NCBI GenBank assembly: GCA_038329555.1
Contig: JBBQNC010000001.1
Location: forward strand, 1-47,646
Direction: 5' to 3'
Length of the DNA: 47,646 bases
Source of the DNA: Thermoanaerobaculia bacterium
GTDB taxonomy: Bacteria > Acidobacteriota > Thermoanaerobaculia > UBA5066 > Gp7-AA6
The notes below the pieces were generated by a model. The model was not told the DNA's origin and made no database searches. It saw only the letters and a list, made by a program, of their open reading frames with translations. Shown here piece by piece: positions 11,490 to 20,301 of this stretch (position 1 is the stretch's first letter; each line of letters opens with the position of its first letter). A program made the translations under genes and the position numbers.

Positions 11490-13475
11490 CTACTTGACCC
11501 GGCTGCCCGGCGGGACGTCCGCCGCCACTTCGAGCAGGGACGGCTCCCCCGCCTCCCCCACCGTCGCGGCGAGGACCATGCCGTTCGATTCCACGCCCAT
11601 CAGCTTCGCGGGCTTCAAGTTCGCGACGATCACGACGTTTCGGCCGACCAGCGCCTCCGGCTCGTACTTCGCCGCGATTCCGGCGACGATCTGCCGGCGC
11701 TCCGTGCCGAGGTCGACTTCGAGCTTCATCAGCTTGTTCGACTTCGGGACGCGCTCCGCGGAGAGCACGCGGGCCGTGACGAGGCGCACCTTCTGAAATT
11801 CCTCGATCCCGATCCGGCCGTCCGAGGGCGAGGCGGCCTGCGTCGTTTCCGGGGGCGGCGTCGGAGCGGAGGGGGACGGCGCGGCCGGCGCCGGGGCGTT
11901 AGCCCTGGGTGTCTCTTCGGTCATCGCGGGAGCTCCTTTCAGGTAGGCGGAGGCGTCGACGCGGGGAAAGAGCGCGGGAGTCTCGGGCATCGCGGCGCCG
12001 AGGATGAGGCCGCCCCAGCGCAGGTCGTCCTTCTCCGGGTCGCGAGGCGGCAGGCCGAAGGTCTCGAAGATCCGCCGGGAGGTGGCCGGAACGAAGGGCG
12101 ACAGGAGCACGGCGGCGAGCCGGACGCCCTCGGACGCGGAGTAGAGGATCCGCTGGAGCCGGGGCGAAGCGCTGTCCTCCTTCCGGATCTTCCAGGGCTC
12201 CCGCGACACGATGTACCCGTTGATCACGGCGAGGAGCTTCCAGACGGACTCGAGCGCGCGGTGGAACGCGAGGTCGTCCAAAGCGTGCCGCCACTCCGTC
12301 CGGACCGGCCGGTAGGCCGTGTGGACGTCGTTCACGCCGCACGGCACCGACGGCGCGCGTCCGAAGGCCTGGCGGCACAGCGCGGCGACGCGCGAGACGG
12401 TGTTGCCGAGGTCGTTGGCCAGATCCGAGTTGTAGCGCGCGAGAAACGCCTCGTCGGAAAAGCTCGCGTCCTGTCCGAAGGCCATCTCGCGCAGCAGGAA
12501 GTATCGGACGGCGTCCGGTCCGAAGTCGGCAGCGAGCTCGTCCGGCCGCACGATCGCACCCACGGACTTGGAGATCTTCCGGCCGTCCCGGAGCCACCAG
12601 CCGTGAGCCCAGACCGTCGTCGGCAGGGGAACTCCGGCGGAGAGCAGGAATGCCGGCCAGTAGACCGCGTGAAATCGGAGGATGTCCTTGCCGATCAGGT
12701 GGACCCGGACCGAGGTCGGAGTCTCCCAGAACTCCTTGTAAAGATGGTCGTCGTCGGATCCAAATCCGAGCGCGGTGATGTAGTTCGCGAGAGCGTCCAG
12801 CCACACGTACACGACGTGGCCGGGCCGCCCCGGAAACGGAATCCCCCACTGGAGCTTCGTCCTCGAAACGGAGAGGTCGTTCAAGCCACCCCGGATGAAG
12901 GAGACGACCTCGGCGCGGCGGGTCTCCGGGCGGATGAAGTCGGGATGCGCTTCGATGTGGTCCAGAAGCGGCTGGGCGAACCGGGAGAGGCGGAAGAACA
13001 CGTTCTCCTCGGAGGTCCAGGTGCACGGGGTCCCGTGCACCGGACATCGCTTCTCCTCGTCGAGCTCCTTCTCCGTATAGAACGCCTCGCAGTTCGAGCA
13101 GTACCAGCCGTCGTGCTTGGCCGTGTAGAAGTCCCCGGCGGCGTCGATGCGCGCGATGAGCGCCTCGACGCCCCTGCGGTGCCGGGGCTCGGTCGTCCGG
13201 ATGAAGTCGTCGTTTCGGATGTCGTACAGCTTCCACAGCTCGCCGTAGCGCGCGACGACCCGGTCCGCGAGCTCGATCGGAGTCATCCCTTGCGCGATCG
13301 CGGCCTTCTCGATCTTCTGGCCGTGCTCGTCGGTCCCCGTCAGAAACCTGGTCGGCTCCCCGATCAGGCGGTGGTAGCGCGTGAGCGCGTCGCCGACCAC
13401 CGTCGTGTAGATGTGCCCGATGTGGGGCAGATCGTTGACGTAGTAGATCGGCGTCGTGGCGAAGTAGGGCCGCAT
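11490..13475 (-). CDS. metG: Methionine--tRNA ligase with C-terminal tRNA-binding (EMAP-like) domain
   Basis: HIGH motif (LPHIGHIYT), KMSKS-type motif (KISKSVG), and a C-terminal OB-fold segment (KLMKLEVDLG...RQIVAGI). Confidence 0.97.
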   Translation of the reverse strand: MRPYFATTPIYYVNDLPHIGHIYTTVVGDALTRYHRLIGEPTRFLTGTDEHGQKIEKAAIAQGMTPIELADRVVARYGELWKLYDIRNDDFIRTTEPRHRRGVEALIARIDAAGDFYTAKHDGWYCSNCEAFYTEKELDEEKRCPVHGTPCTWTSEENVFFRLSRFAQPLLDHIEAHPDFIRPETRRAEVVSFIRGGLNDLSVSRTKLQWGIPFPGRPGHVVYVWLDALANYITALGFGSDDDHLYKEFWETPTSVRVHLIGKDILRFHAVYWPAFLLSAGVPLPTTVWAHGWWLRDGRKISKSVGAIVRPDELAADFGPDAVRYFLLREMAFGQDASFSDEAFLARYNSDLANDLGNTVSRVAALCRQAFGRAPSVPCGVNDVHTAYRPVRTEWRHALDDLAFHRALESVWKLLAVINGYIVSREPWKIRKEDSASPRLQRILYSASEGVRLAAVLLSPFVPATSRRIFETFGLPPRDPEKDDLRWGGLILGAAMPETPALFPRVDASAYLKGAPAMTEETPRANAPAPAAPSPSAPTPPPETTQAASPSDGRIGIEEFQKVRLVTARVLSAERVPKSNKLMKLEVDLGTERRQIVAGIAAKYEPEALVGRNVVIVANLKPAKLMGVESNGMVLAATVGEAGEPSLLEVAADVPPGSRVK

Positions 13476-13534
13476 CGGAAGCGAAAGCTATCAGCTGTCG
13501 GCACCGCGCCGGAACGCGGCGCCTCTCACGCAGC

Positions 13535-13562
13535 CGTCTCGTCGTCTCGTCGTCTCGTCGTC
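13535..13562. repeat. Octamer tandem array (CGTCTCGT)x3 plus partial unit
   Basis: Read directly. The partial fourth unit runs into the radC stop codon (13561-13563, minus strand). Confidence 0.9.
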
Positions 13563-14274
13563 ACAACAGCCCGGCCTCCCGGAACGAGACGCAACCCGAA
13601 CGACCGACCACGATGTGATCGAGGAGCCGGACTCCGACGGACTCCGCGGCGGCTGCGAGCCGGCGCGTGAACTCCCGGTCCTCCCGTGACGGCGCGGGAT
13701 CGCCGGAGGGATGGTTGTGGTACAGGATCACGCCGGCCGCGTTCACCAGGAGCGCACGTTTCAGGATCTCCCGCGGCTCGACCACCGCGCGGTCGAGCGT
13801 CCCGCGATAGATATCCGGGTCGTCCTTCAGCAGCCGGTTCCTGGCGTTGACGAACAGCGCGCCGGTGCGCTCCTGCGCTCCGTCCCCGCGCGCCCGGCGC
13901 AGGTATTCCTTGACGAGCGACGGCTCATGGAAGAGATCTCGCGCCGCGAGCGTCTCCGTGCCGAGGCGCCGACCGAGCTCGAAGGACGCCTCGATCACGG
14001 CGGCGCGAGCGCCCTTGATGCCGCGCTCCCGTCGCAGCTCGGCCCCAGAGAGGCCGGCGAGCGCGACGAGCCCGCCGTGAGCCGCGAGCAGGGAGCGGGC
14101 ACGGTCGAGAGAGCTCGCGCCCCGGGTGCCGCTCTGAAGGAGCAGGGACAGGAGCTCCTCGTTCGACAGGGCGGTCGCGCCCAGACGGGCGAGCCGCTCG
14201 CGCGGACGCTCTGGAACGGGAAGGTCCCGGATGCGGAGGATGGGGTCGAAGCGGGCGGAGTGGTCTTCGGTCAT
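13561..14274 (-). CDS. radC: RadC-like JAB/MPN domain protein
   Basis: 237 aa. HhH-like N-terminus and the JAB motif HNHPSGDPAPSREDREFT. Confidence 0.92.
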   Translation of the reverse strand: MTEDHSARFDPILRIRDLPVPERPRERLARLGATALSNEELLSLLLQSGTRGASSLDRARSLLAAHGGLVALAGLSGAELRRERGIKGARAAVIEASFELGRRLGTETLAARDLFHEPSLVKEYLRRARGDGAQERTGALFVNARNRLLKDDPDIYRGTLDRAVVEPREILKRALLVNAAGVILYHNHPSGDPAPSREDREFTRRLAAAAESVGVRLLDHIVVGRSGCVSFREAGLL

Positions 14275-14330
14275 GGCGACGGCCGGAGAGCCGGTCGCGG
14301 CCGAGGAGGACCCGGCGATATTCTCACGTC

Positions 14331-14552
14331 ATGGATGGCCGTTTCCAGCCCCCCGTTCGGGCTCTTCTCCTGTCGGTGGGCGCGGTGCTCGTCGTCGCCG
14401 GGCTCCTGTGGCCCCTGGTCTCCCGTTGGCTCGGGAGGCTCCCGGGAGACGTGATCGTGCGGCGCGGCCACTGGACGATCGCCTTTCCGATCGTCACCTG
14501 CCTGGTGCTGTCGCTTCTCCTGTCGCTCCTGATGTGGATCTTCCGGCGATGA
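14331..14552 (+). CDS. DUF2905 family small membrane protein
   Basis: 73 aa with two TM segments and the GRLPGDV motif typical of DUF2905. Confidence 0.8.
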   Translation: MDGRFQPPVRALLLSVGAVLVVAGLLWPLVSRWLGRLPGDVIVRRGHWTIAFPIVTCLVLSLLLSLLMWIFRR

Positions 14553-15663
14553 GCCGCCGGTAGAGATCCTCGATCCGGTCGAGACGGATCTCCGAGGAGA
14601 AGCCCGCTTCGACCCGCTCGCGTCCGCCCCGGCCGAGCCGCGCGAGGCGGGAGGGGTCGCGCAGGAGTCCGCGGATCGACGCGGCCAGGGCTGGCGGGTC
14701 GCGCGGAGGCACGAGCAGACCCGACTCCCCGTCCACGATGAGCTCCGGGTTGCCCCCGGCGGCGCTGGCGATCACGGGCGTCGCCATCGCCATCGCTTCG
14801 CGAAGCGTCCCCGTCACGCCGAGCCCCTCGTAGGAGAGGTCGGCGACGATGTCCGCCGCCGCGAGAACGTCCGGCATGTCGGACCGGAAGCCGATCGGGA
14901 GGATGCGCGATTCGACGCCCTGGGCGCGCGCGAAGGCGATCACGTCCTCCTTTTTCGCGTCGTCCTCGCAGGCCACGATCGCGGTCTTCAGCCGTGGGAA
15001 GTCCGCCGCGAGCAGAGCGGTCGCCGAAACGAGGTCCCGCCAGCCCTTCCATTCGCGCGCGCCGACCTGGACGATGAGCGTCTCGTCGGGGTCGACGCCC
15101 CGCTCGCGCCGGAAACGTGCGCCGTCGGCCCGAGCCGGATCGAAGACCGAGAGGTCGACTCCCGCGTAGATCACGTGAACCTTTTCGGGCGGGATCCTCC
15201 CGGACGCGACGATCACCTTCTGGATGTCCTGGCAGACCGTCACCACGGCGTCCATGCGCACGTGGAACTTGATGCGGTTGAACACGTCGAGCGGGAATGA
15301 GACCCCGCGATTGACGACGAGCACCGGACGCCGCCTCGAGAAGAGGGTCGAGAAGAGCGCGACGGAATGGGAGATCCCCTTGTGCACATGGATGACGTCG
15401 ACCTCCCGCTCGTCCACGATCTTCGCTAACCGTCGAGCGCTCGCGAAGTCGAACTCGTGCTTCAAAGGAAGCGGGAGGAAATCGATCTCCTCCTGTCTCG
15501 CCCGGGCCGGGACGTCGCCGGCCTCCCGCGAGACGATCGCGACGCGGTGACCGCGCCGGGAGAGGCCCCGCGCGAGCTGGAACATCTGGACGACGCTCCC
15601 CGTCGAGAAGAGGCCCTTTTCCAGAATCTGCAGGATCGATGCGGAGCCGGTCTTCGCCGTCAA
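14494..15663 (-). CDS. Glycosyltransferase family 4 (GT-B, GT1 clan)
   Basis: N-terminus ILQILEKGLFSTGS...ARGLSRRGH and the C-terminal E-x7-E region EGLGVTGTLREAMAMATPVIAS. Proposed TTG start at 15663 overlaps the upstream stop (TTGA). An internal ATG (MFQLARG) is the alternative start. Confidence 0.85.
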   Translation of the reverse strand: MTAKTGSASILQILEKGLFSTGSVVQMFQLARGLSRRGHRVAIVSREAGDVPARARQEEIDFLPLPLKHEFDFASARRLAKIVDEREVDVIHVHKGISHSVALFSTLFSRRRPVLVVNRGVSFPLDVFNRIKFHVRMDAVVTVCQDIQKVIVASGRIPPEKVHVIYAGVDLSVFDPARADGARFRRERGVDPDETLIVQVGAREWKGWRDLVSATALLAADFPRLKTAIVACEDDAKKEDVIAFARAQGVESRILPIGFRSDMPDVLAAADIVADLSYEGLGVTGTLREAMAMATPVIASAAGGNPELIVDGESGLLVPPRDPPALAASIRGLLRDPSRLARLGRGGRERVEAGFSSEIRLDRIEDLYRRLIAGRSTSGATGEATAPGR

Positions 15664-16718
15664 GACGCGTCCCGGCCCGAGTTCGGGACCAGGGCGTCGG
15701 GAACCAGGACGATCTTTCCGAACTGGAGGCCCTCCTCCATGCGCCGGTAGGCCTCGGTCGCCTGCGAAAACGGAAACGTCGAGTCGATAATCGGCGCGAT
15801 CCGTCCGCGGGCGACCGCGGCGAGCAGCGCCCGAAACTCGCGATCGTTCGCCATCGTCGAGCCCAGGATCGACAGACCCTTCCAGAAGATCAGCCGGATC
15901 TCCTCCTTCGGATTCGGCCCCGTCGTCGCACCGCAGGTCACGATCCGGCCCCCCTTCGCCGCCGCCTTGAGCGACGTCATCCAGGTCGACTCGCCGACGC
16001 AGTCGACGACCACGTCCACGCCCCTCTTCTTCGTCAGCGACCGGACCTCGGCGCCGACGTCCTGCCGGCGATAGTCGAGGACCACGTCCGCACCGATCTC
16101 GGAAAGCCGCGCCGCCTTTTCTTCGCCCGAGGTCGTCGCAAAGACGCGAGCCCCGCACAGAAGGGCGATCTCGACGCACGCTCCCCCCACGCCGCCGCCC
16201 GCGCCGTGCACGAGCACCGTCTCGCCGACGCGAACTGCCGCGCGCCCGACGACCATCCGCCACGCGGTCTGGTAGACGAGCGGGAACGCAGCCGCTTGCG
16301 GAAACGAAAGACCCTCGGGAATCGGGAAGACGTTCCGCGCCGGGACGACCGCCTTCTCAGCGAATGTTCCCGGCACGTGCTCGCCCAGGAGCCGGTAGTT
16401 CACGCAGAGGCTCTGCTCCCCCGCGCGGCAAAACTCGCACTCGGCGTCGAAGAGGCCGGGCTGGATCAGGACGCGGTCGCCGGGCGCGAGACCCGCCACC
16501 CCCGGTCCCACGAGATCCACGACGCCGGCGCCGTCGGCGCCGGGCACCATCGGAAGCGGCACGTGGGGGATCGCGTTGCGCACGAAGATGTCCAGGTGGT
16601 TCAGCGCGGCCGCCCGGACGGCGATCCGCACCTCTCCGGGCCCGGGCTCGGGATCCGGCCAGTCTCCGTACTCGAGGACCTCGTTGCCGCCGTGCCGGCG
16701 GAAGAAGACGGCTTTCAT
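15660..16718 (-). CDS. Zinc-type alcohol dehydrogenase / NADPH:quinone oxidoreductase (MDR superfamily)
   Basis: 352 aa. MKAVFFRRHGGNEVLEYGDWPDPEPGPGEVRI..., GADGAGVV, and the Rossmann motif VHGAGGGVG. Confidence 0.92.
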   Translation of the reverse strand: MKAVFFRRHGGNEVLEYGDWPDPEPGPGEVRIAVRAAALNHLDIFVRNAIPHVPLPMVPGADGAGVVDLVGPGVAGLAPGDRVLIQPGLFDAECEFCRAGEQSLCVNYRLLGEHVPGTFAEKAVVPARNVFPIPEGLSFPQAAAFPLVYQTAWRMVVGRAAVRVGETVLVHGAGGGVGGACVEIALLCGARVFATTSGEEKAARLSEIGADVVLDYRRQDVGAEVRSLTKKRGVDVVVDCVGESTWMTSLKAAAKGGRIVTCGATTGPNPKEEIRLIFWKGLSILGSTMANDREFRALLAAVARGRIAPIIDSTFPFSQATEAYRRMEEGLQFGKIVLVPDALVPNSGRDAS

Positions 16719-16829
16719 TGTAAAACCATCGTATCGAAGTGCCGGGAGAAGTGAGTGCTTCGATCTGCAGATGGATCACTCGAACGCCGACGCCTCCGTC
16801 CGATATCCAGGTCAGCCCATCGTCAGATT

Positions 16830-16865
16830 GATCACCGGATCACCGGATCACCGGATCACCCGATC
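16830..16865. repeat. Octamer tandem array (GATCACCG)x3 plus GATCACCC plus GATC
   Basis: Read directly. Lies 19 nt downstream of the stop (16884) of the minus-strand AlkP-like gene. Confidence 0.9.
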
Positions 16866-16883
16866 TTCCCGACTCGTCGCCCG

Positions 16884-18494
16884 CTAGTTCAGGTAGCCGA
16901 GCGACTTCAGCTTCTTCAAGTACTCGCGGTCGCTCGTCGGCGATCGCGCCGGCGGCGGCTCGGCGCGGACGCCATAGGTCGGGACGGACAGCGACTCGAG
17001 CGAGCCCTCGCGGAAGAGGAACGCCGCGGGCCGGCCGGGGAGGTCGGACGCCACGGGGATCCCCGCGCGCGCGAGGATGGACGGCGCGACGTCCACCGCG
17101 CGGATGTGCGCCGTCGCCGGAGGGCGGCCGTCCGAGCCGTCGAACGCGGCGGCGCCGGCGTGGGCACCCGGAGGGGCGTGGCTGTCCGCCGTCAGAACGA
17201 GCAGGACCGTTTCGCCGGACCGTGCTCGAGCCACTTCTCGAGCCAGGAACTCGCGGATGCGTCCGATCTCGCGGTCGCGCCGCTTCGGCTCCCTTCTCAG
17301 GATGTCGGGGCCGGGCAGATACACGGAGGCGAGAGCGCGCCCGGGATTCCGCGCGAGCTCCTCGATCGCGATCCGGTCGCCGTCCTCGCCGCCCGCCGCG
17401 CGGGAGAGAACCTCGCGGTTGTCGATCACCGCGGCGCCCGGCCAGGGGCCGGAAGCCCACCAGCCGACGGAGACGCTCGGAACGCCGGCCGAGGCGGCTA
17501 CCTCCCAGAAGGCGAGAGCGCGCCGGTCTGCCGCCGACACCGGTGCGCTCGCGACGAGGCCGACCGCCGGCCCGATTCCGCGCAAATACCAGGCCGTCCC
17601 GAGGGGCGCGCGCAGCGCGGATGGGGATCCCAGGGGACGCACCCGCTCGAGCGCGCGGACCCCGTGCCGCGCCGCGGGAACCCCCGTCGCGATCGTGGTC
17701 CAGAGCTCCGGAGGGGATCCCTTCTCCTGGGCCCACCACCCGGTGGCCCCTCCGGCCAGGAGCGCGCGGAGCGCCCGCGCTTCGGCGCCGCCCCCGTCCG
17801 CCGGGAGCCCGTCGATCGCGACGACCACGATCGACTCGCGGCGCGGGGACACGTGAAGGGGCGCCGGCAGGGGCGCCGCCGGCCGCGACGCGAAGACGGC
17901 CGCCGCGACCAGCAGCCCGGCCACCGCGATCCCGAAAAGCAGGCCGCGCCCGCGGGACGCCGGCAGAGCGTGCGAGCGCGCGTAGGCCCGCGCGAGGTAA
18001 CCGGTCCTCACGCTGCGGGCCGCCAGAAGCGCCGCGAGCGCGACCGGGAATCCCCAGAGAAGGCTCGCCGCCGGGAGGTCCCGGGTGAGGCGGTACGCGC
18101 CCGCGATCCACAGGAAGAAGATCCCGGCGGCCGACGCGGCCGCAAACACCGCGGCGCCGGCTCCGGGCGAACGCGCGCGATCCGCCGCCTGCCCGAGCGC
18201 CGCCGCGAGCAGCGCGGCGGGAACGAGAAACGCGAAGGAGAGGTGCATCAGCAGAACGACGGGCGAGAGCGGCCGGGCGACGAACTCCGGTTCGGCGGCC
18301 GCGGCCGCGCAGACCGCCGCGAGGGCGGCCGCGAAGGCCCCGAGGACCGCCGCAGGCACCAGGAGCCCGCCCCGCCCTTCGAACGCGCGCGCGAACACCC
18401 AGCGCTCGACGCCGCCGTCGAGATAGCCGAGCTCGCGCAGCCGGCGGCGCGCCTCGTCGAGGCCGACCGGCGGGACCGTCCGCCCGGCGCTCAC
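16884..18494 (-). CDS. Membrane-anchored alkaline-phosphatase-superfamily (phosphodiesterase/sulfatase-like) protein
   Basis: 536 aa. N-terminal multi-TM region, then IVVVAIDGLPADG, TTIATGVPAARHG and LVLTADSHAPPG, which fit an AlkP-core fold. GTG start overlaps the polyprenyl synthase stop (GTGA). Confidence 0.7.
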   Translation of the reverse strand: MSAGRTVPPVGLDEARRRLRELGYLDGGVERWVFARAFEGRGGLLVPAAVLGAFAAALAAVCAAAAAEPEFVARPLSPVVLLMHLSFAFLVPAALLAAALGQAADRARSPGAGAAVFAAASAAGIFFLWIAGAYRLTRDLPAASLLWGFPVALAALLAARSVRTGYLARAYARSHALPASRGRGLLFGIAVAGLLVAAAVFASRPAAPLPAPLHVSPRRESIVVVAIDGLPADGGGAEARALRALLAGGATGWWAQEKGSPPELWTTIATGVPAARHGVRALERVRPLGSPSALRAPLGTAWYLRGIGPAVGLVASAPVSAADRRALAFWEVAASAGVPSVSVGWWASGPWPGAAVIDNREVLSRAAGGEDGDRIAIEELARNPGRALASVYLPGPDILRREPKRRDREIGRIREFLAREVARARSGETVLLVLTADSHAPPGAHAGAAAFDGSDGRPPATAHIRAVDVAPSILARAGIPVASDLPGRPAAFLFREGSLESLSVPTYGVRAEPPPARSPTSDREYLKKLKSLGYLN

Positions 18495-19339
18495 GAACGG
18501 CGGTCCCGGACGACTCGGGCGAGGTCCGCGAGGGTGGCGCCCTTCGCCCCGAAGCGCCCGAGCGCCGAGACGGACGTCTCGAGGAGCTCATCCACCAGCC
18601 GGCGCGAGGACGGCGCGCCGAAGAGCGTCGCGAAGTTCGCCCGGTGCCCGTCCCGGAGCGTGTCCTTCCCCATCTCCTTCGGATCGCCTTCGAGGTCGAG
18701 CAGATCGTCCGTGATCTGGAAGGCCAGCCCCAGGTTGCGGGCGAAGCGCGTCAGAGCCTCGATCGACGGCTCCCGGGCGCCGCCGGCAATCGCTCCCCCC
18801 TTCACCGCGGCGACGAAGAGCGCGCCGGTCTTGCGGGCGTGAATCGACTCGAGGTCTTCCAGGGCGAGGGAGGAGGGATCGGCGCCGAGGTCCGCCGCCT
18901 GGCCGGCGCAGCATCCCTCCGCCCCCGCGGCGCGTGCGAGCTCCGCGACGACGCGGGCGCGGCCGGCGGGCGCGAGCTCGGGCGCGTTGGCGGCGACCTC
19001 GAACGCGCGGCACAAGAGCGCCACGGCCGCGAGCTCGGAAATAGCCACCCCGTGCGTGACGTGGACGGCCGGCCGCCCGCGGCGGCGGAGCGCGTCGTCC
19101 ATCGAAGGAAGGTCGTCTAAGACGAGCGAGGCGGCGTGGACGAGCTCGATCGAGACCGCGACGGCCATCGCGGCCGGTTCGGGGGCGCGCACAAGATTCG
19201 CGGCGGCCAGTGCGACCAGGGGGCGAAGGCGCTTTCCGGGCGACAGCGCGGCATCTGAGATCGCGCGGGCGAGGGCCGGCGCCCCGGATGCGTCCGGAGG
19301 CAGGCTTCGGGCCAGCGCCTCCTCGAACGCGGGCCGCAT
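18491..19339 (-). CDS. Polyprenyl (farnesyl/geranylgeranyl) diphosphate synthase
   Basis: First Asp-rich motif LVLDDLPSMDD and second motif FQITDDLLD. Confidence 0.92.
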   Translation of the reverse strand: MRPAFEEALARSLPPDASGAPALARAISDAALSPGKRLRPLVALAAANLVRAPEPAAMAVAVSIELVHAASLVLDDLPSMDDALRRRGRPAVHVTHGVAISELAAVALLCRAFEVAANAPELAPAGRARVVAELARAAGAEGCCAGQAADLGADPSSLALEDLESIHARKTGALFVAAVKGGAIAGGAREPSIEALTRFARNLGLAFQITDDLLDLEGDPKEMGKDTLRDGHRANFATLFGAPSSRRLVDELLETSVSALGRFGAKGATLADLARVVRDRRS

Positions 19340-19397
19340 CTGGCCGGCGAAGCGATCGAACGGTCGATCGGGCGGCGACGGCGCCGGAGGCCGGGCG

Positions 19398-19742
19398 TTA
19401 TCCCGCGAAGCTCGCCACCGCCTCCGGCTCCGACTCGTACACGTCGAAGACCGTGATCAGCTGCGTCACCGTGAGCACGTCGTTGATCTTCGGAGGAAGG
19501 TGAAGGAGCTTCAGCTTGCCGCCTTTGTTCGTGACCGAGGTGTAGCAGCCGACGAGCTCGCCGATCCCCGAAGAATCGATCGTCGTCACGTCATTCATGT
19601 TGATCAGGATGTTCTTCTTGCCGTCTTCGACGAGCTTGTTGATCGTCTCGCGCAGCTGCACGTCACCGGCCCCGATGGTGATCTTTCCCTTCAGGTCGAG
19701 GATCTGCACCCCGCCCTGTCCTTCGCGCACGCTCGTTTTCAT
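19398..19742 (-). CDS. STAS-domain anti-sigma-factor antagonist (SpoIIAA/RsbV-like)
   Basis: 114 aa. The segment ...DVTTIDSSGIGELVG... has the conserved Ser context. The start overlaps the upstream kinase stop (ATGA). Confidence 0.9.
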   Translation of the reverse strand: MKTSVREGQGGVQILDLKGKITIGAGDVQLRETINKLVEDGKKNILINMNDVTTIDSSGIGELVGCYTSVTNKGGKLKLLHLPPKINDVLTVTQLITVFDVYESEPEAVASFAG

Positions 19743-20206
19743 GATCCCTTTTCCTCCTTGTCCTTTGCCCCCGCCAGATTCTTCGTCAAAACGATTTCCA
19801 TTCCGCCTCCCTCCACCCTCTGGAAGCGGACGTCATCCATGAACGTCTTCATGTAAAAGATCCCGCGCCCCGACGTCTTGAATTTGTTCTCGGGCGCCAG
19901 CGGATCGTCCACTTTATCCGGATCGAAGCCGGCGCCCTCGTCGCGCACGCGAATCTTCAAGATCTCTCCGGTCACATCCATCTCGAGGTGGACCCGCTTG
20001 CCCCGATCCTGGGCATTGCCGTGCTTGATGGCGTTCGCAAGGACCTCCCGGAGAGCCATGAGGATCCAGTGTCGGGTCTCGTCGGGAAGGTCGTGCCCGT
20101 CCAGAAGCTTGCCGCAGAGGTGCTGCGCCATCTCGATGTTCTCGAAACGGCTCGAGAGAGACATCCGGACGGGACCGGAAGCGCTCGATTCACTGGAGGA
20201 GCTCAT
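19739..20206 (-). CDS. Anti-sigma regulatory Ser-protein kinase (RsbW/SpoIIAB-like, HATPase_c)
   Basis: N-box EVLANAIKHGN and G1 box RDEGAGFDP. 155 aa. Confidence 0.88.
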   Translation of the reverse strand: MSSSSESSASGPVRMSLSSRFENIEMAQHLCGKLLDGHDLPDETRHWILMALREVLANAIKHGNAQDRGKRVHLEMDVTGEILKIRVRDEGAGFDPDKVDDPLAPENKFKTSGRGIFYMKTFMDDVRFQRVEGGGMEIVLTKNLAGAKDKEEKGS

Positions 20207-20301
20207 TCACTTCGTTTCGGGGCGAAAAGCCCGGCGGATCTTAGCCGAAAGGCTCGCCATAAAGATAGCCGCGCCGGGACGCGCCTGCTACCCTCAGCGA
20301 G

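Noticed and set aside
10581-13670. 1029-aa plus-strand ORF spanning the tatD/metG region.
   Set aside because: It is antisense to two strongly supported genes carrying HIGH/KMSKS and TatD motifs. Its composition is a shadow-ORF Arg/Gly/Pro bias.
16755-18842. 695-aa plus-strand ORF, and the 583-aa alternate minus frame at 16840-18591.
   Set aside because: Both overlap the AlkP-like gene, whose frame alone gives TM helices and AlkP-type motifs. These alternatives are extremely Arg/Pro/Gly-rich.
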